Below, piece by piece: positions 55,891 to 64,000 of a DNA stretch of 64,000 bases; position 1 is the first letter of the stretch; every line of letters starts with the position of its first letter. The stretch is from an uncultured Chitinophaga sp. (GTDB lineage Bacteria > Bacteroidota > Bacteroidia > Chitinophagales > Chitinophagaceae): positions 115,841-179,840 of the forward strand of contig NZ_CALEJS010000032.1 in assembly GCF_937898475.1 (NCBI RefSeq), in the 5' to 3' direction. A program made the translations under genes and the position numbers. The notes under the pieces are model-generated. The model made no database searches and was not told the origin of the DNA. It worked only from the letters and a program-made list of their open reading frames with translations.

Positions 55891-57270
55891 TTAGCTGTTA
55901 TTTCTTTCTTTCCATAACTGGTTGAACGATTTTGGAGCAAACACCGGCAGCTCCCGGTCATCTCCCCATGCCTTCCCAAAAAAGCGTTTTATAAAGAAGT
56001 TCTTCATTTTTCCGCCGGCCATATTCATCATTCTGCGGCTCAGCGATGCTTGTTTCCAGGCAAACCAGGCCATTTTTTCTCCCCCGGAAGTATAGTTCTC
56101 TTCCACTGCTTTGTGGCGGTTATGCAGCAGCAGCTCATGCAGGTTGATACGCACCGGGCATACTTCTGTACAGTTGCCGCAGAGAGAGGAGGCATAACTC
56201 AGATGGCCATACGAATCCATGTCTGTAAGGTAAGGCGTAATAACAGCGCCAATGGGGCCGCTGTAGGTAGTGCCGTAGGTGTGGCCGCCAATGTTCTTGT
56301 ATACGGGGCAGGCATTCAGGCAGGAGCCGCAGCGGATGCAGTAAAGGGCTTCACGGGCCTCGGTATCCTCCAGTATATTGGTGCGGCCGTTATCCATAAG
56401 GATCACGTACATTTCCTCCGGACCATCAGTCTCCCCTTCCTGGCGGGGGCCGCTGAAAATAGAATTGTATACGGTTACCTGCTGCCCGGTACCGTAGGTA
56501 GCCAGCAATGGCCAGAAAAGCGCCAGGTCATTGATGGAGGGCAGTACTTTTTCGATACCTACCAGCACGATATGCGTCTTGGGAAAAGCGGTACTCAGAC
56601 GGGCGTTACCTTCGTTTTCACTTACGGCTACAGCACCGGCATCCGCAATAATGAAGTTGGCGCCGGTGATGCCTATTTCTGCCTGCTGGTATTTTTGTCG
56701 AAGGTTCTCCCGCGCAACCAGTGTAAGTTCCTCGGGTGTAAGGTTGGGAGGGGTGCCTAATTTTTCGGCAAAGAGTTGCGCTACATCTTCCTTGCTTTTA
56801 TGCATGGCCGGCGTAACAATATGGTAGGGAGGTTCTCCGTCCAGCTGCTGAATGTATTCTCCCAGGTCTGTTTCCACACATTCTATACCCTGTTGCGCCA
56901 GGAAGCTGTTCAGGTGCACTTCCTCCGTAGCCATTGATTTGCTTTTAACGATGCTTTTGCACTGTTTGGCTTTACAGATGGCGAGGATCTCTTCCTGTAC
57001 CTGTTGGGTGTTCTCTGCCCATATCACTTTACCTCCGCGCTGGGTAAAGTGCATTTCAAATTCTTCCAGGTATTTATCCAGGTGCTCCAGTGCTCTCCAT
57101 TTGATGTTCTTGGCGCGTTCGCGAGCCGTCAGCAGGTCGGTGAACTGCTGTTTACCTGCCTTTACTGCAGTATTATATTTACCAATGTTGAAATTGATAG
57201 TGCGGCGGTGACCCAGATCGGTAGCTTTTTGCTCGCTCTTTTCCAGGAAAGTGGATGCTGTTTGGTGCAT
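55891..57270 (-). CDS. LutB/LldF-family iron-sulfur lactate-utilisation protein
   Basis: 459 aa with two ferredoxin-type motifs, CIRCGSCLNACPVY and CGNCTEVCPVRI. The N-terminal DUF162/LUD-like region is as in LutB. Confidence 0.8.
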   Translation of the reverse strand: MHQTASTFLEKSEQKATDLGHRRTINFNIGKYNTAVKAGKQQFTDLLTARERAKNIKWRALEHLDKYLEEFEMHFTQRGGKVIWAENTQQVQEEILAICKAKQCKSIVKSKSMATEEVHLNSFLAQQGIECVETDLGEYIQQLDGEPPYHIVTPAMHKSKEDVAQLFAEKLGTPPNLTPEELTLVARENLRQKYQQAEIGITGANFIIADAGAVAVSENEGNARLSTAFPKTHIVLVGIEKVLPSINDLALFWPLLATYGTGQQVTVYNSIFSGPRQEGETDGPEEMYVILMDNGRTNILEDTEAREALYCIRCGSCLNACPVYKNIGGHTYGTTYSGPIGAVITPYLTDMDSYGHLSYASSLCGNCTEVCPVRINLHELLLHNRHKAVEENYTSGGEKMAWFAWKQASLSRRMMNMAGGKMKNFFIKRFFGKAWGDDRELPVFAPKSFNQLWKERNNS

Positions 57271-57363
57271 ATCTAACTAAAATTCCAAGATCCAAAATAA
57301 AGATAGGCAACTTTCACGGATAGGGCTAAAACTGCGGATTGGTGTCAAAAACCCGGCCAGCTT

Positions 57364-57933
57364 TTAAGGCTTTGCTTTCTTTGCGATCTTATCCAGCACG
57401 GAATAGAACTCATCGCCGTACTTGCGGATCAGCGCCTCCTTTAAGAAGCGGTATACAGGCACCTGCAGCTTTTTACCGTTGCGGCATGCCGGCGCACATA
57501 TATCCCAGCGGTCGTAGTTAACTGCTTCAAAGCTCTCATATTTCTTAATGCGGATGGGATAGAGGTGGCAGGAGATCGGTTTCTTGAAGTTGACCACGCC
57601 GTCATTGTATGCTTTTTCAATACCGCAGCCTACTATGCCATGTTCATCAATAACGGCGTAAGCACAGATGCCTTTGTTGACGATAGGCGTTACATAGCCG
57701 TATTCATCGTCGATGGTATGGGTGCCGGTGGCGGCAATTTCCTGTATGCCTTCTTCGCGCAGGTAAGATTTGATTTTAGGGAAGATCTTTTTCAGGGTTT
57801 TTATTTCCTGTTTTTCAAGCGGGGCGCCACAGTCGCCGGCTACGCAGCAGGCTCCTTTGCAGGCACTCAGGTTGCAGACGAATTGCTCCTCAATTACTTC
57901 GTCACTAATGTATTTGTCGTCTATTATAATCAT
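57364..57933 (-). CDS. DUF3109-family Cys-rich protein
   Basis: MIIIDDKYISDEVIEEQFVCNLSACKGACCVAGDCGAPL is the characteristic DUF3109 N-terminus as I recall it. Confidence 0.7.
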   Translation of the reverse strand: MIIIDDKYISDEVIEEQFVCNLSACKGACCVAGDCGAPLEKQEIKTLKKIFPKIKSYLREEGIQEIAATGTHTIDDEYGYVTPIVNKGICAYAVIDEHGIVGCGIEKAYNDGVVNFKKPISCHLYPIRIKKYESFEAVNYDRWDICAPACRNGKKLQVPVYRFLKEALIRKYGDEFYSVLDKIAKKAKP

Positions 57934-58001
57934 TGTTAGCGGTAAGCTTTTAGCTGCCGGCTTTTAGCCAGGGGCAAAGGTACAAAATAAGCTAACAGCT
58001 T

Positions 58002-58586
58002 TTATCTCCAACGTAAGGTCTCTACCAGGTGGAGCATATCTTCCTGGAGGAACTTGTGTACCGGTGCGAGGGAGTCTGCATTGGGGGTAGCGTCGAAGTA
58101 GAGCGCTCCGCGGATGAAGTGATGGCCCGAGTCTGTAGCAAAAAACTGCTTGGCGCTGGCTGCGTTACCACCTACTTCGTAGAACAGGCCGCTTACGCCG
58201 TTTGGGGTATGGATATCTTTTTCATCAATATAATCTGCCTTGTAGGTGTGTTTGTAAGTCATTTTAAAAGCATCGTTCACAAGCTTTTCCAGGGTGTTGC
58301 TATGTTTCCCGATCTCTTTGTAGCTCATGTAGATCTTGCCGTTGAGAGAGGGAAATTCTACATTGATCCAGTATGGGTTTTCGGGCGTTTCGCCAAAGAA
58401 GCTACTGTCGCGGGTAATATTGGCATATACAGGATATTCGAAGGTATAGGGGTACCCGGGCTTATCAAAAACGCGGTATTCTCTTGCCGGGAAACTGATG
58501 TTGAAATAGCCCCGGGGTTTGGGTGTATATACCTCTTCGCAGGCGGTGGCGCCCAATATTATACAGAGTAAAAGAAAGTACCTCAT
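58002..58586 (-). CDS. gldD: Gliding motility lipoprotein GldD
   Basis: Lipobox LGATAC, then YTPKPRGYFNISFPAREY... as in GldD. It lies directly downstream of gldE, as in Flavobacterium johnsoniae. Confidence 0.8.
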   Translation of the reverse strand: MRYFLLLCIILGATACEEVYTPKPRGYFNISFPAREYRVFDKPGYPYTFEYPVYANITRDSSFFGETPENPYWINVEFPSLNGKIYMSYKEIGKHSNTLEKLVNDAFKMTYKHTYKADYIDEKDIHTPNGVSGLFYEVGGNAASAKQFFATDSGHHFIRGALYFDATPNADSLAPVHKFLQEDMLHLVETLRWR

Positions 58587-58616
58587 TTTACGGTTTTAGA
58601 TAATCAGATAACAGGT

Positions 58617-59975
58617 TTAGCCGGCTGCAATGCCTTCATCCTGGCGGATAATGACCTGTACCTTTTGAATACGCATCTTGCTAACTTCCAGTACGGTGAA
58701 GTCAAAATTCCCGTAATTAATAACGCTGTTCTCTTCCGGAAATTTTCCGGCCAGCTCCAGGATAAGTCCGCCGATCGAATCACTTTCGCCTTTTACATGT
58801 TCAAAAGTGTCTGGCGGTACGTTCATGATGCGGCAAACATCATTCAGCATGGTTTTGCCTTCAAAAACATAGGTAAAGTTGTCTACTTTGCTGTAGTTGA
58901 ACTCTTCCTCGTCAAATTCATCTTTAATATCGCCAATTACTTCTTCCATGATATCTTCCAGGGTAACGATACCGCTGGTGCCGCCAAACTCATCTACCAC
59001 TACGGCAAAATGCATGCGGCGGGTCTGGAATTCAGTGAGGAGGTCTTCAATCAGTTTATGGCCGTGAACAAAAAATGGCTGGCGCATTACTTCATGCCAG
59101 TCAAAGGTATTGCCTTTGCCCAGGTGCGGCAGCAGGTCTTTGGTATGAATCACGCCAACGATATTATCGAGGTTGCCTTTGTAAACGGGCAGGCGGGAGT
59201 AGTGGAGGTCTGCCACCTGTTTGGCTACCTGTTCAAAGCCGCTGTCGTATTCCAGGCCGGACACGTCGAGGCGGGTGCGCATGATCTGTTTAACGGTGAT
59301 GTTGCCGAACTTCAGGATGCCTTTCAGGATGTTTTTTTCTTCCTGGGAGGCGGTTGGATCAACGCTCATCTCGATGGCCTGATCAATTTCCTGGTAGTTC
59401 ACGTGTCCGCTCTGGCGGTGAAAGAGGCGGTCTTCTATACTGTTGCTGAGGTTTACGAAGAAATCGCTGATTGGTTCCAGGGTAGCATGAATGATACTGA
59501 CAAACCAGGCAAAATAGGTGGCAAAGCGTATGTTGTTCTGGGCGGCCCATACCCTGGGCAGTACTTGTCCGAAAAATAGCAGAATAAAGCTGATGAAGGC
59601 GATCCTTACCAGGAGGGAAACCACTGGCAGGGTTTGCAGGTCTTCCATCTGGGTGATGAGGTAATTGGTGACCATGATAAAGGCCACGCCCAGCAGGATG
59701 CTGGCGATCTGAAGGGAGGCAAGCAGTGATTTAGGCTTTTCAAGCAGCTTGGTAATGAGTTTACCGCTGGTATTCTGGCGTGTTTTCAGTACGTTCAGGT
59801 CCTTATAGTTAAGGGTGAAGAAGGCTACCTCTGCACCTGATACTATAAATGCCAATAATAATAATATAAATATTACCAGCAGGTATATAACCACGTTTGG
59901 TGTGGCGATTGGCGCATTGGTGGCTTGCAAAAGGAATGGTTTACCGGATAAAATGCTTGCCGAATGGATATCCAA
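58617..59975 (-). CDS. gldE: Gliding motility-associated protein GldE (DUF21 + CBS pair + CorC/HlyC domain)
   Basis: 452 aa. The N-terminal DUF21 TM domain, a CBS pair (ITVKQIMRTRLDV..., VGVIHTKDLL) and the C-terminal transporter-associated domain are present. The synteny is ssb-gldE-gldD. Confidence 0.82.
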   Translation of the reverse strand: MDIHSASILSGKPFLLQATNAPIATPNVVIYLLVIFILLLLAFIVSGAEVAFFTLNYKDLNVLKTRQNTSGKLITKLLEKPKSLLASLQIASILLGVAFIMVTNYLITQMEDLQTLPVVSLLVRIAFISFILLFFGQVLPRVWAAQNNIRFATYFAWFVSIIHATLEPISDFFVNLSNSIEDRLFHRQSGHVNYQEIDQAIEMSVDPTASQEEKNILKGILKFGNITVKQIMRTRLDVSGLEYDSGFEQVAKQVADLHYSRLPVYKGNLDNIVGVIHTKDLLPHLGKGNTFDWHEVMRQPFFVHGHKLIEDLLTEFQTRRMHFAVVVDEFGGTSGIVTLEDIMEEVIGDIKDEFDEEEFNYSKVDNFTYVFEGKTMLNDVCRIMNVPPDTFEHVKGESDSIGGLILELAGKFPEENSVINYGNFDFTVLEVSKMRIQKVQVIIRQDEGIAAG

Positions 59976-60134
59976 GTTGTTAACTTTTAATCAAAAATAA
60001 GGGGAAAGAAATTCTGGCTTATGATCGTCGAATCGCTTTCCCTTATGCAAATATAAGGGAATGTCCCAATTTGGGACTATCAGTAAAAATACTAATAATT
60101 TTTCATGGATAACGGAGCTGCGCCTGTATCAGAT

Positions 60135-60587
60135 TTAAAAAGGCAGGTCGTCTGCCGGTTCGCTCATGGAAGGAGGTATTTCGTTGGGGAAATTTTCGCC
60201 GGTGGAGCTACCTGTGTTGCTATGGTGGATAGCGTGTTCTGCATTGTTCATGTCCATACGCTTATCAAGCATTACCAGGTTATCACCCACCACTTCCGTG
60301 GCAAATTTCTTATTGCCTTCTTTGTCTTCCCAGCTACGGGTACGCAGGCGGCCTTCTATATATACCAGGCTGCCTTTGTGCAGGTATTTTTGTGCCAGTT
60401 CTGCCAGTCCGCGCCACAGTACTACTGTATGCCATTCTGTTTGGGAAATGAGCTTGCCTGCCCTATCCTTGAATGTTTCTGTAGTCGCCAATGAGAATTT
60501 AGCTACTGCGATATTGCCTTCCAAAAATTGTACATCCGGATCCCTACCTAAGTTGCCAATCAGGATTACTTTATTAACACCTCTCAT
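60135..60587 (-). CDS. ssb: Single-stranded DNA-binding protein
   Basis: MRGVNKVILIGNLGRDPDVQ... forms the OB fold, and the acidic C-terminal tip is ...DDLPF. Confidence 0.95.
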   Translation of the reverse strand: MRGVNKVILIGNLGRDPDVQFLEGNIAVAKFSLATTETFKDRAGKLISQTEWHTVVLWRGLAELAQKYLHKGSLVYIEGRLRTRSWEDKEGNKKFATEVVGDNLVMLDKRMDMNNAEHAIHHSNTGSSTGENFPNEIPPSMSEPADDLPF

Positions 60588-60684
60588 AGTTGTAGGATTT
60601 AATCTATTGATGAAATGTTCTTCTTATAAACAACCTCTTTAAAGTTAATATTTTTTTACAATCAGCGCAGAAATTTTTATCGCG

Positions 60685-61758
60685 CTAAAACAATCCCAGG
60701 GACTTATTTTCAAGGAAATCGGTGATTGTTTTCGGAAAGGCATAATTGTTCAGCCGGTTAATGGGTACAGCCATATAATTTGTTATAGCAGGCTTTTTTG
60801 CTGCAGATAACAACAGGAACTGGCTATGTATAGTTTGATGGGTAAGCTGCTGTTTAAAAGCGGGAGATATACCCTGTACGGTATAAAATACATCCTGCAG
60901 CAGCGCTTTGAAGCCGGAGGAAGCCTGCAGTTCCTGTACGGTGATGGGGGAGGGTGTTTCCAGCAATATGAATTCGTGCAGGTTTTGCCATATATCATTG
61001 CCGGTACGTTTGCGGATAAACACCTGGCCTTTGTAATCCAATACTATATAATAGAAGTATCGTTTTTTTATGACGAGTTTTTTGGACTTTACGGGAAGCA
61101 GGGCAACAATCTGCTGCCGGAGTGCCACACATTTTTTTGACAGGGGGCATTGCGGGCAAAGCGGCTGTTGCGGTTTGCATATTGAGGCCCCGAAATCCAT
61201 AATGCTCTGGTTATAAACGGCAGACTGGCCGGCGGGCAGCAGCTCCTGCGCCAGCGCTGCAAATTCTTTTTTGCCGGCGGTACTGTCTACCGGCGTGTCA
61301 ATTCCAAAATAGCGGGAAAGCACCCGGAAAACGTTGCCGTCCAGCACAGCATGGTGGCTGTTAAAGGCAAAGGACGCGATGGCTGCGGCGGTGTAGGGAC
61401 CAACGCCTTTGAGCGACTGTATTGCTTCGTAAGTATCCGGGAAGCGGCCCTGATAGCTTTGTACCACCTGCCGGGCGGCCGCCAGCATATTTTTACAACG
61501 GGCATAATAGCCCAGTCCCTGCCAGAGGCGGAATACAGCTTCATCCGGCGCGGCGGCAAGATCCTGTATGGTGGGGTAGGTAGTAATAAAGCGTTCGTAA
61601 TAAGGCTGGCCCTGTTCTACCCGGGTTTGCTGGAGAATGATCTCCGAAAGCCAGATACGGTAGGGATCTTTGATCCCTTTCCAGGGCATGGTACGGCTAT
61701 TGTGTTGATGGTTCCATTCCAGCAGCTGCGTTGTAAAAAACATTTTCATGCGCTGCAA
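60685..61758 (-). CDS. mutY: A/G-specific adenine DNA glycosylase
   Basis: HhH-GPD domain (LKGVGPYTAAAIASFAF), the 4Fe-4S loop C-x6-C-x2-C-x5-C (CKPQQPLCPQCPLSKKC) and a C-terminal NUDIX-like domain are present. Confidence 0.92.
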   Translation of the reverse strand: MQRMKMFFTTQLLEWNHQHNSRTMPWKGIKDPYRIWLSEIILQQTRVEQGQPYYERFITTYPTIQDLAAAPDEAVFRLWQGLGYYARCKNMLAAARQVVQSYQGRFPDTYEAIQSLKGVGPYTAAAIASFAFNSHHAVLDGNVFRVLSRYFGIDTPVDSTAGKKEFAALAQELLPAGQSAVYNQSIMDFGASICKPQQPLCPQCPLSKKCVALRQQIVALLPVKSKKLVIKKRYFYYIVLDYKGQVFIRKRTGNDIWQNLHEFILLETPSPITVQELQASSGFKALLQDVFYTVQGISPAFKQQLTHQTIHSQFLLLSAAKKPAITNYMAVPINRLNNYAFPKTITDFLENKSLGLF

Positions 61759-62120
61759 ATATAGGAGGCGGGGGCTGATGAGAAAACGGCTGGGGAGATA
61801 TAATTATAAATAACAGGCCGGAGACAAAAAAATAATCTGATATGAATATTATTTTTTGTATATTCGTTACTCAATGGTTTTGTGAAATTTTCCATTTCAC
61901 GCTCCACCATTCATAAAAGGTGTTACGCAGTGAGTATGAAACCTTTTCTGGCCGGTACTTTGCATGATATTTGAGAACATCGAAACCAATTCAATATAAG
62001 CATGTTGTAAAGATTGGCAAGGGTGGTATGAGGAAAAAAGATAAAATTTATCTTACTTAAAACCAGTAATTATAATTTTTTTAAATATTTTTGAGAAATA
62101 AGTAATCCTCCGCTTCAATT

Positions 62121-62408
62121 ATGAGAAAAGCTGACTTGATAAACAACATTGCTGAAAAAACCGGCATCCCCAAAGTAGATGTGTTAGTAACACTCGAGGC
62201 CATGTTTAAGGAGGTCAAAGAAGCGCTGGCAAATGGCGAGCACATTTACATCCGGGGTTTTGGTAGTTTCATCACAAAAAAGAGAGCCGCCAAGATTGGC
62301 CGTAACATTAAGAAGAATGTAGCTGTGGAGATACCGGAGCACTACATTCCTGCTTTCAAACCTTCTAAAGAATTTGTTGCTGAAGTAAAGAAGCTCAAAA
62401 GTTCTTAA
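62121..62408 (+). CDS. HU/IHF-family DNA-binding protein
   Basis: 95 aa: MRKADLINNIAEKTGIPKVDVLVTLEAMFKEVKEAL...IRGFGSF..KKRAAKIGRNIKKN. Confidence 0.92.
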   Translation: MRKADLINNIAEKTGIPKVDVLVTLEAMFKEVKEALANGEHIYIRGFGSFITKKRAAKIGRNIKKNVAVEIPEHYIPAFKPSKEFVAEVKKLKSS

Positions 62409-62432
62409 TTTTGCTGCCTAATAAATTTAGGC

Positions 62433-63281
62433 ATGCAAAAATCGCAAGTTCTCCTGGTAGGTACTGCTGTAGCATTACTGATTGTATTGCTGGCCTTTGG
62501 TCGTACCATACCGCGGCCTGAAAAGGGTCAGAAAGCAATGCCAACTGCCGCTTCTATGTCCAGCGGACAGGACGTACAACCTATTTCATTCAGTGACCTG
62601 CTCTCATCTGCCAAGAAAAAGATCCCTGCCGAAAAGCTTTTGCTGATCAACTCCTGGGAGAATAAAGTGGTAAGAGGTGATGTAAAGAACCAGCAAATAG
62701 CTGCTTATAAGGCATTGTACGCCACCTGGGACAGTCTTAACCAGTTACCCGTTGCCGCCTATTACCTGGGCCAGGCAGCTAAGTTGGAAAATTCCGAAAA
62801 AAGCCTCACCTTTGCAGCCAATTTATTTTTGGAGCACCTGCAGCATGCCCCGGAGCCGGGAATCATGAAGTGGGAGGCTCAACAGGCTATTGAGCTCCTG
62901 GATCAGGCAATCACACTCAATCCCGGCAACGATTCGCTCAAGATACAACAGGCGCTGGTGTATATGAACACCGGCGAACCCATGACAGGGGTCCAGAAGT
63001 TGAGAGCAGTTGTGGCAGAACACCCTGATAATGTGGAAGCACAGGTTACGCTAGCTAACCTGGCCATTACATCAGGGCAGTATGATAAAGCAATAGAACG
63101 GTTGGAAGCCTTGCTTCCCAGACATCCGGAAGAGGCCAAGATCTATTTCGTGCTGGCCGAAGCCTACAGAAGCAAGGGTGACGTGAAGAAAGCAGTGGAT
63201 TTATTCCAGAAATGTAAGGAACTATTAAAGGATCCGGCACTCAAGGCAGAAATAGACGGTTATATTAAAAGCATTCAATAA
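62433..63281 (+). CDS. TPR-repeat membrane-anchored protein
   Basis: An N-terminal TM (VLLVGTAVALLIVLLAF) is followed by TPR repeats (VTLANLAITSGQYDKAIERLEALL..., FVLAEAYRSKGDVKKAVDLF). Confidence 0.7.
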   Translation: MQKSQVLLVGTAVALLIVLLAFGRTIPRPEKGQKAMPTAASMSSGQDVQPISFSDLLSSAKKKIPAEKLLLINSWENKVVRGDVKNQQIAAYKALYATWDSLNQLPVAAYYLGQAAKLENSEKSLTFAANLFLEHLQHAPEPGIMKWEAQQAIELLDQAITLNPGNDSLKIQQALVYMNTGEPMTGVQKLRAVVAEHPDNVEAQVTLANLAITSGQYDKAIERLEALLPRHPEEAKIYFVLAEAYRSKGDVKKAVDLFQKCKELLKDPALKAEIDGYIKSIQ

Positions 63282-63317
63282 TATTTTATTTTCAAACATT
63301 TAAAAACTTATTAAAGT

Positions 63318-63413
63318 ATGCCTTGCGGTAAGAAAAGAAAAAGACATAAAATTGCCACTCACAAGCGTAAGAAAAGGTTAAGAAAAAACCGGCATAAGAA
63401 AAATAAGAAATAA
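63318..63413 (+). CDS. 31-aa highly basic peptide, bS22-like small ribosomal protein candidate
   Basis: Hand translation: MPCGKKRKRHKIATHKRKKRLRKNRHKKNKK*. The pattern (K/R)RKRMxxHKxRKxLR resembles bS22 of Actinobacteria and Bacteroidota (from memory). It is below the ORF-track cutoff. Confidence 0.55.
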   Translation: MPCGKKRKRHKIATHKRKKRLRKNRHKKNKK

Positions 63414-63762
63414 GTATTTCTCCTGTTTCCCGCCATTTATACTAAACAGGTATATTGCTACGCGTGGTCAGATAAGATTTTCATATAGCCTGCATGATTC
63501 CGGCAATCATTATTATTGTGAATTGCTCTCAATTTGTTAAATTGCCAAGGTCATGCAGGTAATTTCCACCAGATCCCGCAACAGCATTTCCCGGACATCG
63601 CCTGCAGATCACTAAACCCTTAAGCAATCCATCATCACGTATGTGACGAATTAGCTGATTGTGTTGTACAGTTAGCGATTTTTGGTATGTGGGTAGTTGT
63701 AAAACACAGCCCGCATCACCCATGAATGAAGGTGAAGTTATAATGGTAAAAATTTTGGACGC

Positions 63763-64000
63763 TTGAATAAGGAACTTATTATAAATGCGGCACCGACTGG
63801 TGTGGAGATAGCGTTGCTGGAGGATAAGAAGTTGGTGGAGTTGCATCATGAGAGCGGCAATCCCAATTTTGCAGTAGGGGACTTGTACCTGGGAAAAGTT
63901 AAAAAGCTGATCCCGGGCCTTAATGCAGCTTTTGTAGATGTTGGCTTTGAGAAAGATGCCTTTTTACACTACACCGACCTTAGCCCTTATATCCGGTCCA
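63763..64000 (+). CDS. Ribonuclease E/G family protein (N-terminal part; continues beyond the window)
   Basis: From the TTG start the frame reads (M)NKELIINAAPTGVEIALLEDKKLVELHHESGNPNFAVGDLYLGKVKKLIPGLNAAFVDVGFEKDAFLHYTDL, the typical S1-domain N-terminus of RNase G/E. The frame is open to the window edge. Confidence 0.85.
   Translation, partial: MNKELIINAAPTGVEIALLEDKKLVELHHESGNPNFAVGDLYLGKVKKLIPGLNAAFVDVGFEKDAFLHYTDLSPYIRS

Noticed and set aside
61824-61859. AT-only inverted repeat acaaaaaaataat ... attattttttgt in the mutY/HU divergent spacer
   Set aside because: It is purely A/T, has a one-base bulge and would form a very weak structure. It is probably a by-product of AT-rich promoter DNA.
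1-64000. Search by eye for rRNA, tRNA (T-loop GTTCGAATC-like words), CRISPR repeats, IS inverted repeats with a transposase
   Set aside because: I found none. All long intergenic gaps were inspected and contain only hairpins or AT-rich promoter-like DNA. A covariance-model scan (tRNAscan-SE, Infernal) would be needed to exclude small RNAs formally.

Overview
The window looks like a chromosomal segment of a Bacteroidota genome, probably Chitinophagaceae or Sphingobacteriia-like. The signs are gldD-gldE next to ssb and mutY, Bat-type VWA/TPR genes, long-form IspG, several ECF sigma/anti-sigma pairs, many Cys-lipobox lipoproteins, TTG/GTG starts and a TAnnTTTG-type promoter box.

I support about 55 densely packed protein-coding genes. 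Most are housekeeping or envelope functions:
- UvrD-like helicase, ispG, AraC regulator plus TolC/RND/MFP efflux operon, mgtC, kbl, M16 peptidase, acs, carB
- tricorn-like protease, comEC, purH, lutB-like gene, gldD/E, ssb, mutY, HU, RNase E/G

I saw no rRNA, tRNA, CRISPR array, integrase or intact transposase.

The standout is at 4.16-6.6 kb. Two 55-aa ORFs, too short for the supplied ORF track, carry a PFFAxFL leader motif and a C-terminal TxKFPSDxDE core. Two translationally coupled ATP-grasp ligase genes follow them. This is the signature of a microviridin/marinostatin-type graspetide (omega-ester RiPP) cluster. It is minimal here, with no adjacent acetyltransferase or exporter.

Other points worth a second look:
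- an anti-sigma protein with a triplicated N-terminal domain
- an anti-sigma / CarboxypepD_reg / SGNH-hydrolase fusion
- a chromosomal class D beta-lactamase
- a Y1 (IS200/RAYT-like) transposase-fold gene whose catalytic motifs appear lost, sitting beside a visibly AT-rich patch with two HTH genes
- a 160-bp imperfect palindrome of ATTCCAAA-type words, with a partial second copy elsewhere
- an orphan promoter-plus-terminator pair that could define a small RNA
- an uncalled 31-aa bS22-like ORF

All product calls rest on motifs I recognise by eye in the translations. No database search was possible.
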